A stretch of 63,611 nt of DNA, counting the filler, from Sphacelaria rigidula (taxonomy: Eukaryota): the NCBI GenBank assembly GCA_964200075.2. It is 11 parts of 11 records of this genome, joined end to end, with 100 filler letters (N's around TTAATTAATTAA, not from the genome) between each part and the next. Parts side by side here need not be neighbours in the genome. Positions count along the whole stretch, not along the records: positions 46,337 to 52,028 come from CAXNAA020025214.1; positions 52,129 to 57,820 come from CAXNAA020025215.1; positions 57,921 to 63,611 come from CAXNAA020025216.1; 8 more parts are not named here. One strand, written 5' to 3'. Position numbers and translations under genes: made by a program. The notes under the pieces are model-generated. The model was given only the letters and a program-made list of their open reading frames with translations. It was not told the DNA's origin and made no database searches. Of the stretch, positions 48,559 to 60,287 are shown one piece after another; positions within the stretch are counted from its first letter, which is position 1; the number at the start of each line of letters is the position of its first letter.

Positions 48559-48748
48559 GGCCGTGTCTTATCGAATTCTTTTGGTGTCAAAAACGTGCGG
48601 TGGAATCGAAATCGCTCGTTTCTGATTCGTCCACGCTACTACTTTTTCGAAATGGTTGAGAACATGAATGCCGTGGACGTATCAGGTACAAACAAATTCG
48701 ATTCCACCGTACGTTTTCGAGTCGAAAACCATCTGATAAGACACGGCC
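48559..48748. mobile_element. Foldback MITE in ABCF intron
   Basis: Termini GGCCGTGTCTTATC and GATAAGACACGGCC, with internal complementarity. The ends resemble the 59469-60287 family. Confidence 0.8.
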
Positions 48749-49156
48749 ATGGTCAAACTTTTGAAGCGGGTGACACGAAGGAAAGGTTAAATGAGTGTGA
48801 TCATATCTGATTCTGAAACTGTGCGCGACTCTGAAGTGAGTGGTGATAACGTTGGGACTGAAGACGCGTGTAGCGCCAGTCATGCATGTGACGAGCCTTT
48901 TGAGACAAAGTGTGACGGACACACATGTGTTGGTGATGAAAGCAGCGACAGCAACAACGACAGCGTAGGATAATGACAGAGTTGGATGATGACAACACTG
49001 GATCATGTCAACATTGAGTTATGGCAATAATATTGGATGATGATAACATCGGATGCTGGCAACAACAGTTGATAGTGATGAAAAAACAAAATAAATTTGG
49101 GTTGTGAAATCTGCTCATTCGCTCCAATGCTGCTTTTCAACACACAAAACTCACAG

Positions 49157-49255
49157 GTGGAGAGCACAGGTCGTATCTTACCAGGGATACAGCTCAATTC
49201 GCGCCGGATCCGCCAATGAAAACACTCAAAGGGGCGGCAAAACAACCAGGAGGAG
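49157..49255 (+). CDS. ABCF-subfamily ATPase, linker exon 2
   Basis: cacAG|(R)WRAQVVSYQGYSSIRAGSANENTQRGGKTTRR(S)|GTAAG; phase 2 to 2. Confidence 0.8.
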
Positions 49256-49875
49256 GTAAGCCTTGTTACACTTTCATCGAGTCATTAGATTTTCATGTCG
49301 ATTTTCCTAGTTTCGGAATATATATTTGCGCCGGATGCCGTTAACAGAAGAAAACACGCAGAAAAAGCACGAGTACATGGATCACGAAATGCCGTTTTTC
49401 TTCTTCTCTCTTCTATTATTTTTTTTTGCTTTTCTCGTCTTGTCTATATCTTCTGGCATCAAGAACGCGAAGTGATTCATCGATCAGATTCTCGGATTGA
49501 GAAAAAAAAAAATATGAAATAGATGGAATGATGCCGAGTTTTTTTTTTTATCTTCCCTGCTGAGAGAGGGTGGACAGAGAAAGAGAGGGGACAGAGAAGG
49601 AGAGGGAGGAGAATACCTAGAGTAGTTGTACGTTTCGAATGACCGAAACATGCTTCTGTTTTTTTCTTGTTTCAACCAAAAAAAGCTCAAAGAGCTTGCG
49701 TGTGTGTTTGTTATTGTGCTCAATTGTATTTCGCGTTCCTTTTAATACCCGCGGATTCCTTCCGAGAGAACACTTCTTGTCCCCTGTAACCTCGTCTCCC
49801 CCACTATCTTCCGTGCCGTATTGTCCCTTTTCTCTGGCGCATGACATCTGTACAACCATGACACAACAACAACAG

Positions 49876-50309
49876 CTTGGCGGCACACGTGGATAAAGAA
49901 ACGGTCTTCAAGTTCCCGGACATTACTCCGCTCGCCTGCGGAGCCGACGCCCCCCTCATTCAGTGCCGAGACGTCGCCTTTTCCTTCTCCAGTCCGCAGT
50001 CACAAACGAAGAATAGCCAAGAAGGTTCTTCAAGTCGGGGCGGTGTTGGAATAAACGGAACATCAAAAAAGACATCTTCTGCTGGTTCCAGTAAGGTGGT
50101 TTCGGTTCATTCTAAGCGGTCTCCGATGACGTCACCTTCTACGGGTACGAAATCTACGGTGGGGGCGGCTGCAAACCTGTTAGAAGGAGTGACCCTGGAC
50201 CTCACTCTGAAGAGTAGGGTGGTATTGGTGGGCAGGAATGGATCGGGCAAGAGTACGCTGTTGAGGCTCATCGCGTCGGCCGCCGGCCTGGATGATGATG
50301 TCAGTGAAG
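49876..50309 (+). CDS. ABCF-subfamily ATPase, exon carrying the start of the second ABC domain
   Basis: (CAA)n-CAG acceptor; FKFP, DVAFSF, LLEGVTLDL and Walker A GRNGSGKST. The 3' boundary assumes a GC donor. Confidence 0.88.
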
Positions 50310-50349
50310 GCGAGTGTGTGTATAGTCATGATCCACTTTGTTGTTGTTG

Positions 50350-50381
<32 letters not shown>

Positions 50382-51151
50382 GACTTTGTGTCTCATTTTT
50401 TTGTCACTCGAAACGATTTGCAGTCGCCAGTGAGGCGGGATTTGAAAAAAAAAAACATACACACCATGTGAATGCCTCCCAAGACTTTTATATCCTTTTG
50501 TTAGGGATTTACTACATGTTTTGCTTGTCAAAACAACAAAATTTTGTAGAGATTAGAAATTGGTACCAGTTAAAACTGGTCATTATCATTACAATAGTAA
50601 TAATGGTTATGGTTATATGATTTTTTTGGATAATAGTTTCACACCATTACTTACCATTATAAGCCCAATTTTTACGTTTCATCTCTTATTGAAGCCAAAC
50701 CGCGCAGAAACGTGCCTCCGGCGGGGCCCCGTCTTTCGGGGGGGGGGGGTTCGCTCGCGGCTTCGCCGCTCGAAGACCAAAGCATTATGTACAATTTAAC
50801 TGGTTAATGGTTAGACAGACCATTTCCGAGCTCTAGCCCTTTGACTACTGTGAAAGGTAATCATTTCCCAGTGAATCGATCCCATGTAAGCGAACAATTC
50901 AAGCGTTTTTTTTCCTTCCTTTTTTTTTTTCTTTTCTTGTCTTCCCTTGTCTTCCTTTTCTTTTTTCTTCTTTTTGCCGTTTTTTTTCTTCTTCTAATCC
51001 TGTGGATGTATGATCCGGTAAAATAATCCTATGTCCTCGCCGTCGCTTTGAAGGGTCGAGACTAGCTGACACTCATGGGGTGGGTCTCCTCGTCTGTCGC
51101 AAACCTCTATTATCCCCTGCTGCCGCCTGCTTGTCGTGCTACTTTCCTCAG

Positions 51152-51240
51152 GCGGCTCGGGTGTGATGATGGATGCCTTGCGGCCCACGTCTGGAACCAT
51201 CGTCCGGCACCACAATGCCCGCGTCGGCCTATTCACCCAG
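51152..51240 (+). CDS. ABCF-subfamily ATPase, next exon
   Basis: cctcAG|GGSGVMMDALRPTSGTIVRHHNARVGLFTQ|GT matches the ABCF LxPxxGxVxRxxxLRxGxFxQ pattern. Confidence 0.88.
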
Positions 51241-53573
51241 GTTCGATCGGATCATATTGGAGCAGTATGCTTGCGTGCGCGTGTGTGCAGGTGTATTTTT
51301 TGTGTGTGCTTGTGTTCAAGCTGTTGTTTTGCCTTTTGGTCATGTGTTTGATCATTTGTTCAGTCGTGGAGTGGTTTATTTTATTTGTACATTGTCCCCG
51401 GAGTTTCAAGTTTTCAAATCTTTCAGGCTACAATAGCGTATTGATGTTTAGTGCATCCCTTCACTCGTTGACGGATTTTTTCTTCTTTTCCTTTTTCATT
51501 CCCTCGCTCCCCCCCCCCCCCTTTTTTTCTCGCTTGAGAGTCAAGTCTACTGGTCCATTCCACGTATGACAAATTGTGCAATTTTCCCCTCCCATCGACC
51601 GACGTGAGCTGTTGATTTTTCCTCCCCTGTTTCTTCCTTATGACTGTTCTCTTCCGTGGCACCTTTTTTTTCAGACGCCATTTTTTTTTTTTTCCTCAGT
51701 AGTTGTCTTGAAAAAAACGCTGCTGCGCTAATAATCCGATTATTGTATGCCAGGAAAAAATATCCTCGTGACGTTCACCTGGACATCGTTCCCGTGATCT
51801 AGACTGCAAAGCCGAGTAAAGTGCGTCTTCCACATATACGTGGAAGAAAAGTTGCCTAGAATCGATTTAGAGCAATCACGTTATTGGGCAGCCCCCCCCC
51901 CCCCCCCTGGTTAGACACCCATGCGGCAGTGTATAAGCCGTGGCTGTCTCTGGAAGCGGCGATACCACAGAATAAAGCAACTCATTGTTGGCTGTCATCT
52001 ACAAATGCAAGATAATCAGTAGGCTTCGNNNNNNNNNNNNNNNNNNNNNNNNNNNNNNNNNNNNNNNNNNNNTTAATTAATTAANNNNNNNNNNNNNNNN
52101 NNNNNNNNNNNNNNNNNNNNNNNNNNNNACCGTGGTGTGTTCGGCGAGTCGCATGAAGGGTGAACTGCATCCTCCTGAAATTGCTCGGCCCGAAGCCTAC
52201 TGATTATCTTGCATTTGAATGACAGCCAACAATGAGTTGTTTTATTATGTGGTATCGCCACTTCCAGAGACAGCGACGGCTTATACATTGCCTCATGGGT
52301 ATCTAACCAGGGGGGGGGGGGGCAATTGTCAAGTGAAATAAAAATGTTCGTGACGGAAACATTGAGCTACATCGATCGCCCCAGATTTCTTTGTTCGTGA
52401 TGGGAACATTGAGTTTTTGTTCATGCTCGTGACGGGAACATTGAGAGCTACATCGATCGCCCCAGAGGTTTTGAATACACCATATTTGGATGAAGATTAC
52501 CTCGAAATTGCCCTGAAATGCGTCAAATCACCCTTGATCGAAAACCGTTTGCAACGATTTTTCACAAGACGAATCAATCTTCCCCTCTTGGAGGCCGGAA
52601 TCGTTCGCATGCTGCGACGTATGCCCACCACCATGATGTTCACTTGCCCCCAGACAGCGACAAAAACAAAACGTAAAATAGCTCGTGAGATTCCGCTTTC
52701 CCGCAAAAAAACAAGAAACAAATATCTCGGAGGATTGATGAAAGGAAAGCGTCTGCCGGACTCTATTTTGAAATCAACAGTTTGGTTACCGTGTAATAAA
52801 GCGGAGATAATGGCCTCGTAGGTACGCTTCTTTTTCTCGATACCTTCAGCAGTCTTTGCTCTCTCGAATGCTCTGAGACAAGGCCCTCGGGCAAATTCCA
52901 AGAGCTGTTTAAATCGGGTGTCAGAATGGCCATCTGAAAAGTACACCCTTCCGGAAAACGCGCACAAGCTTTTTCAATTGTCGGACATGAAAAAGACAAC
53001 AAGAACCAAAAATAAAGCCCCAATACATTTCGGAACAATAATTCTCGCCCTCGAGGGAACATCGTACAAGATTTTCCGATTTTTTTTTTCACATGAAAAG
53101 ACAACAACATGAACTTAAAAAAAAAAAATCTACATAGATTTCTCCGCTTGCGGATAGGGCATTGAGCGGTGTTTTTTAATTCGGAACAAATATTCCCACC
53201 CCGAGACAACGTGTGCCCGTGTGATGTGTGGCAAAATAGTAGGATATCGTCCAAGACGGACCATACGACATACCTGGACGGCTTTGTGCTGTGCTGCTGG
53301 CACTATCAGATCAGGGACGAGATGACCAAACGCCCTTCCGGTCCTCTTCTGTTCTGTGGAATCTTTTACCCTCCTGTTCTTCGCGGGTGATTTGTCCCGA
53401 AAACCCGCACTAGATACAGACAGCAACAACCGTAGCGAAACAAAACGAAGCCTAGGGCTGGGGGCACCAAGACCCAACATAGTTACGATGGGTTCGTTTC
53501 GGTTTCTACCGTTCAAATAGTGTCGATGTGTTCGTTCTTTTTGGTTCCTACCGGACGCTTTTGTTTGTTTTAC

Positions 53574-53704
53574 CTGGTAGAGGATATGGTAGCTGCGCTC
53601 GTCGTTCTCGACGTTGACCAGTCTGGATTTCTCGAGCAGAAAGTGCTCCGTTCGGGCTCCCACCAGGCGGAAATCGTCGTCATACTGGAGCTTGATGTAT
53701 TTTC
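53574..53704 (-). CDS. Myosin motor domain, exon 4 of 4 seen
   Basis: ctcAG|GKYIKLQY...FLLEKSRLVNVENDERSYHILYQ|GTAAA. Confidence 0.95.
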
Positions 53705-54208
53705 CTGAGAGTGCCGACCGATATCGACATCCCGCGCGAACGGAAAACATGGGGGGCAAGGCGAAGATAAAAGTACACGCATCACGTCGCATGCACGCTC
53801 GACTCTTTACCTACCGTACGGTCGCATATGGTCTTCAGGATCAACAAGCATCAGAGCCTCAAATTCTGATTCCAATCATGTCATGGCGGACAGGAGGAGG
53901 ATGTATACCGTGTGTACATTCAAACATTTTCCCCAACACCTGAAAGAAAGAGGATAGATGTTGCAGAACGATTCTACTATAATATAATGTTATGCACACG
54001 GACAGTCACGATCATCCGGGGGAAAAAAAACACCATAAATGGATCGCCTAACGAACAGATTGTTGTCGCATGCAGTGCCATCCAACCCCCTCAAGTGCAC
54101 AAATATTCTGCAGCTTCCGTAGGCAAAAATATTCACAGTAGCTAGGCCTCGGAGCTTCAAAATTGGTACATCTTCCTGAGGCTATGCACTGTCGACCCCT
54201 CCATCTAA

Positions 54209-54648
54209 CACGGGATTTTACAGATTGGGGATGAGTTTTTTATTGAGGATGAGAACTCGGAGAATTAAAAATCTTCGTATCCACACCAGATCTTCGAAAT
54301 AGAGGTCAACTACTTCACCTACGGGTACCTATTGACAACTACTACACGTCATACGAATTTGGATCCTGATAATCGACATGTTGGGGTCCTCGGTGAACAA
54401 AGAATTTCGGGGAATTTAGATGATCCGATCAGATCGCCGACATTCCCCCAAATTGGCTTTTCACCTAGGGCCCCCGCACTTCGGGTATCGAATCCAAATT
54501 TGTATGGTGTATGGTACTTGTCAATAGCTACCAGCGAGTGAAGAAATGAAACTATGTTCCGAAGATTTGGTGTGGATACGAATATTTCAATCCTGCGGGA
54601 TTCTCATCCTCAGTGTAGAACCCATCCTTAATTGGCAAGATCCCCTTT
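54209..54648. mobile_element. MITE with ~130-bp imperfect TIRs in a myosin intron (partial copies about 17395-17537 and 42490-42620)
   Basis: 54209-54345 is the reverse complement of about 54515-54648. Starts with CACGG. Confidence 0.8.
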
Positions 54649-54703
54649 TATCTAAAATGTGTCGGTAGATGAAACAGTCCTCGGGTACCATCCTCTTTCC
54701 CAC

Positions 54704-54835
54704 CGAACCGACTGGAGTTGTCGTTGCGGACCGTCTTGGCGTTTCCGAAGGCTTCCAGCACCGTGGTACTCTTCATCAGAATATCCTCCATGCGCTTCGC
54801 CGCGGAGTCGGCCACGAAGTTCTTGGTTCTTACGC
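54704..54835 (-). CDS. Myosin motor domain, switch I exon
   Basis: ttcAG|GVRTKNF...[19 protein letters not shown](G)|GT. Confidence 0.93.
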
Positions 54836-55090
54836 CTGAACAGTCGACAGTTTGTTCTAGCGGTGTCAAAATGTAGCTTTGGAGCCACTGAAAGGACGTC
54901 TTCTTTTTGGGTGTCGGAGCTTGTTCTCTCGGCAAACAATCAAGTCATACGGCGGCATTTACACGATATTCGATTGATTTGATTTGATGGATGGATGGAT
55001 TGTTGCGCTTTGATTGACTCTCCAGGGGTCCAGCCGTGGTCGCATGATAGACGTACGTAACCAACAAAACCAAAAATGAGAAAAATAAAA

Positions 55091-55145
<55 letters not shown>

Positions 55146-55221
55146 CGACAACGACAACGACAAATATGAGTAAAACGAAAACATGCGAACTAACTGAAAC
55201 CTTTGCATAACGAAGTCTCAC

Positions 55222-55379
55222 CGCCGCTGCCCAGCGCACGACTTGCCGTGATGAGGAACCTCATGACATGTTTGGACGCCTCCGTTTTTCCTGCCCCAGA
55301 TTCTCCCGTGATGAGAATCGACTGATTCAGTCGCCGAACGCGTCCGTTCACGGCTTCCCCTCGCCTCTCCGTCATGTAT
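55222..55379 (-). CDS. Myosin motor domain, P-loop exon
   Basis: NQSILITGESGAGKTEASKHVMRFL; splice phases 2 to 1 are consistent. Confidence 0.95.
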
Positions 55380-55774
55380 CTGAAGCGCGACAGGAGCCCG
55401 ACGGGGCGGAAGGACAGCAAGAGGAAAAGACATCACTCCCGAGTGGCCGAATCAACCTCGATGGAGCGTCACCTCCGACGCCGTTTTGAGTTCTAATTAT
55501 TCAATTTCGCGGCCGGCAACGCGCAACCTCCTGACGCTGTCAGTAACCACAGTCCCTGTGTTTCCATATTTAGGTAACGGCGGTGTTTTTTCTTCTTTTA
55601 TGGAACAGGGAGGGCAATGCCCACTTCGTGTCCGGGGGTTCGTAGACCTATAAGGATTTCCGTTCCACTCGCTGATCATCACAAGGGAGCCCCCATAGCG
55701 TATCGCTTTTGAAGGTGCAAGAAACGCCATGTGACCACTGCTGGATCCCTGGGGAATCCGGTAATGTGCGATAA

Positions 55775-55978
55775 TCAGCCAATCAAATCAATCAAATTAG
55801 TCAGTTGAATCATATCAATCGATCAATCGAATCAATCGAATCAATCGAATCAATGAAATTAATCAATTAGTCAATCGATCAAACCATTCAAATCAATCAA
55901 ATCAATCAAATCAATCACTCAATCGATCAAATCAACCGACCAGTCAAATCAATCCATCAACCATTCAATCAAATCAAT
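55775..55978. repeat. (AATC/AATCA)n low-complexity repeat; similar tracts at 48060-48100 and 48365-48415
   Basis: Directly visible. Confidence 0.9.
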
Positions 55979-56843
55979 GTGTCAACAGATCCGAAGAGGG
56001 TCGGCAAACCGTTTCCCGCTAGATTGCAGGTGTTTCTCGGCAGCATGCTGCAGTGTACGGGCATTTTACGTAGTAGCCCTACCGTGTGGAATTACCGCTC
56101 TCACACGAAAAGATCAAAGCGTCGTGGACTCAACGTTTTTTTTTTCACTCCGGCAGTCGGGTACGCAGCGTCACCATGGCCAACATGAACACCGAGAAAC
56201 CGACAAGAAACCCGACTTCTATCACCCTTACTGGTTTGAAGGTACTTTTTGGCTATCCAGTAGATATTCGACCGTTACACGTTGGTTGAAAAGTACTAGT
56301 TCAATCGTTTTCGAGGGGGGGCGGGGCGACGGGAGCCGTAATACGTCACCCGTTGGTGAATACATCCGCTGTTGCACACAGTAAGATTGGGCCGATATTG
56401 AATATTCGCAGGCACCGATGTGTCAACCCTGATTCGAACACGCTTCACCAGAACAGTGCTCGTGTACGTATGTTGTAAAGAAACTGAACCCCGCACTACG
56501 GTAACCATTCCACAAGACCCTTATTCCAGAAAATGCCGTATTAAAGACGCGCGGGTTTTCAGACAGGGGGGAAAAATCTTCAATCCTCAGACGGGGGCGG
56601 CGGAGGGGGGAGGGGGCAGGGGGGGGGAGGGGGAGGGGAGTCATGATCTTGCGTGCCATAGTCATAAGGCCATTGACCTCGGGTGGTGGTGGGGGGGAAG
56701 GCGAAGATTCAGTTGACCAGCAAAGAAACAATAAACGAGTCGCATCATATGGAACGACGGTTTGAACAAAAAGCACAAAACAAGAAGAACAACTAGATAC
56801 GAAAACGCTGTAGAGGTACTCATTCGGAGTGCATTTCTCTCAC

Positions 56844-57046
56844 TTGAACGCCCTGTTGGCGATGCCGTAGACGTGCGGCTTCGACAGCAAGGTCTTCAGG
56901 GCTTCCAACTTTGCCTGCGGTCCGTCATCAGGCTTTTCGGAACTCCTTATGGCCGGCTCTCGGGGAGGTTGCGGGTTCTTGTCGAGAGTGTTCCCGTTGC
57001 TGTCTTTTCCGTAGCCTCGCAGGAGGTTGATGGTTCTCTCGGCCAC
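56844..57046 (-). CDS. Myosin heavy chain motor domain, exon 1 of 4 seen
   Basis: ...KPHVYGIANRAF(K)|GTGAG. The acceptor at 57047-57048 is preferred; 57094 is an in-frame alternative start. Confidence 0.8.
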
Positions 57047-57534
57047 CTGTACTTTGCGGTTTTCGTCCGCGTTACGGCGCAGTAGTAGCATTAACTTTGT
57101 TTGAAAATACTACTTTTTCCAGAAATATTGAGAGGTAAGCATGGAAACAAACGCGGTTGTCGTCTATCCGCTTTTGATGGCTGCGTTTCAGAGGGGGGGG
57201 GAATTATACAGCTTGTAATTTGTTTCGAAAGTATTCGTAGGTGGTGATGTTCCAGCTCATGCTCCTCTCTTTATCAAAATAGCCACTTCCTACAAAACGC
57301 CAACGTTTGTGGCACAGTGTACTAGCATGTGAAACGCTTTTCAAACGTCCACACAGCTGATGATCCGTGTTGGGGTATTCGAAATCCGTTCGTGGGCGTT
57401 GTTTTTCTCCTGATTGACGCGTTTGGAGAATGCTGAAGTTCAGATTTGGGGATTTCGTGAATTCTTCGACCACGACGATGGTATTGGATTTTTATTAGTA
57501 GTACTATTAAATTTTGTCATCGCACTTTGAATCT

Positions 57535-57782
57535 GGTCGCCCCGGTGGCTCCGTTAGTAACCTCGTAACCCTCTGGGGGTTGAGTTGTGGAGTTCGATTC
57601 CCGCAGCGATCTGGGATTTTTTCTTACACCCTGCCCAACAGTGGAGAGCGACCATGTCGTGGGTACACAAAATTCGACTTAACGATCGGCGAGGGAGAGT
57701 GACTGCTGAACCCCTCTCGCGATAAAAAATAAGGGCAAGCACCGCAGAAGGAAGGTGGGGTACTAAAAAAAAAAAAAAAAAA
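57535..57782 (+). mobile_element. tRNA-derived SINE with poly(A) tail
   Basis: A-box-like TGGCTCCGTTAG at 57546-57557, B-box GAGTTCGATTCC at 57590-57601, A18 at 57765-57782. Confidence 0.75.
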
Positions 57783-58772
57783 GCTCTTGTGTTGACCTTC
57801 CTCCTGTGTGACCCCGGCTGNNNNNNNNNNNNNNNNNNNNNNNNNNNNNNNNNNNNNNNNNNNNTTAATTAATTAANNNNNNNNNNNNNNNNNNNNNNNN
57901 NNNNNNNNNNNNNNNNNNNNGTCTCTATTAGGAGTAGGAACGGTGCTCTGTCTCGGAAGGGATGCGTGGTCAATGGTCAAACGACTAAGGCAAGCAACAA
58001 ATGAGTACGCCCCCCCCCCTAATGGTGACAGTTGTACCATTAGACTACTGGGGTTTTACACTTAACCACGACTTTGGAGGGAGAACGCGTATGAATTTCA
58101 TATGGCGATATCTATTTACACAGATTCCTCTCATGACGGTTGGGAAATGATATCCCCACATGCAACAAGCGGAAGTCTTCCCGCGGTTGCTGCAACTTGC
58201 GGACGGGCTTGGCAGCGGTTGTCGCTGCACGCTGTCGCCGTCGCCGCCACCATCGGTAGTGACCACATGCTGCACGACAGGGGCAGGTCCGTGTATTTCT
58301 TCTGTGTAAGCGATCGGTGCTATGCTCTCACAAGGAATGGACAATGTGCAATACCGGGACTTCTTTCGGCTACAACTGTCGTGCACTGTCTGAGAAAACG
58401 TCTTCTGGCTGAAACGCCTACAGACGGCAGACAGTCAGTACAGCAAAGGTTTACAGAGATGGACCGACGGCACACGGCAGGCCGCAATCGGCAGTGTACG
58501 TGGTAGATTAGTCAGCGGCCACAGCAGGAGTACGAGTTTTGAAGACGCCACGGGCGGAATCCACGTAAAAACACACGCCGCGCATCTGTCTCACGACAGG
58601 ACGAAAATGTACCATGTCCCGAATACCTTCTCTCTCATTACATACTGTATAAGACCTCGATTGTTTCCGAGAGAAGAACGCTCGTTGCCCACAACAGCAC
58701 GTGCGCGATGGTACAGCTTCAGTCAACAACACAGGGCAAGGGCAAGGGCAAGGCACCGCAGTGACAACAATG

Positions 58773-58808
<36 letters not shown>

Positions 58809-59468
58809 GGTGAACCTTCTTTGAGAGCTGGACAGGTCTGCGGTTCTCTCCCATTCCGCAGGCTGCCTGGTGGATCTGAAAGCTAGGAGGATGCGGTCTT
58901 GTCTTTCCTTGTGTATATTTTCTTGGCTATGCTACACTATGCCTGTGTCGTCCTGTCGTCTGTACACAAACATCGCAAACTGTTGCACTGAGTGCGCGTT
59001 AGGAAATTCGATACAAAAGCGAATCTACCCAATGGTTTGTTCATCGTATATACTGATGTACCCCCTTGAACCCGGCATTCTTGATTGGGAATAACTCGAG
59101 GAGCACTTCGAGTTCTGGATAGCTGCTACATGTCCGCGTACACCTATTGCTGTGGACGGCCATGCTTGACGCTTGCTGCCGCGGCACACTTTCGAGTCGA
59201 GGACAAAGTACTGTCTTCAAATAACGATGAATGAGCTCTCCTCAACATGTTTGCAAAGCGCCCGGCAAGACTTCTTGGCCTTCTATAGCGTCTTCAGTTA
59301 AGGAACGTATTGGAACGAGTTCGGGTTACCGCGTGCCGTCTGTAGCGAGTTATATTTCTCCGAAGTTGCGGTTATGACGTGTATAAAATGGGTTTCGACG
59401 CTTGTACAAGCAGGCTTCTCATGAAATGCGGGGGCGGGCCCACGTGCAAAAAAGCAAGGTTATGCTTA

Positions 59469-60287
59469 GGGCCTGTCTTAGCACTTTTTTTTCGATCGAA
59501 ATAATGGGGCGGTGGAGTTGATCTGAGCGAAGATTTCTCGTTTTGATGCAGTTGGCTGCAGATTGATTTTCAAGCTTTCGATCCAAAAAAGACAGTGAGA
59601 GCGTGAAACGGCACATGGTCACTCGTGTACAGTACAGACAGGCTGTACTGTCTGCATTGCTTCCGAGCAGGGTGTGTTAAGTGCGTGTGTGTTTCGTGCA
59701 GGAAGATATAAAGGAGAAGCAGGCGACGTGCAGTGCAGACAGCCCAGGATTATCAGTTCTCTCTGCTTACAATGCGATGTGAAAAGGACTTCAGCAACGT
59801 GCAGCTTTGTACTGCCTGCATCGTCCTTGAGCGTGCACGCAACTCGGTTGCCCACCGCACCACGCAGTTCCGTTCCTGATGCCTACCATGAGAGAACATG
59901 TGCAAGTTTTCGCCAACAAAAAATAAACAAAGCACTACCCGACTACTGCAGTGTATCTATCCCTGGACTCAACTCGTGCCCTATGCTGCAGGGTTGCGGT
60001 GGTAGCTGAGAATGACTTGGATGGAGTTTGCATGATCTTGTCAACAGGTGTTCTTTGGCGTGGTGGTGTGTAAAATAGGAGTCAAGTGCCGCTTCGTGCC
60101 TTTCGACCGCATGTTTTCGATCAAAAACGATTGTTTTTTACCTCGTTGCATTCTTCTCCGCACGCCGCTAATTATAATTTTGAGTTGACGCCTTCAAGGA
60201 ACATAAATGCGGTGGACCTATGAGATCGGCCAAAAATAATTCGACCGCACTTTTCTGATCGAAAAAAAAAGGTGCTAAGACAGGCCC
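59469..60287. mobile_element. Non-autonomous PIF/Harbinger-like element
   Basis: TIR GGGCCTGTCTTAGCAC and GTGCTAAGACAGGCCC, extending to TTTT..CGATC. Flanks TTA and TCA resemble a TWA TSD with one mismatch. Confidence 0.8.

Noticed and set aside
54836..54935. N-terminal part of track ORF 54648-54935 as myosin coding sequence
   Set aside because: A phase-compatible CAG acceptor at 54836-54838 makes it more likely intronic.
58214..58886. Possible small terminal exons (RLSLHAVAVAAT...; after a (CAA)n-CAG acceptor at about 58809)
   Set aside because: Splice-like signals are present but no recognisable protein. Support is too weak.
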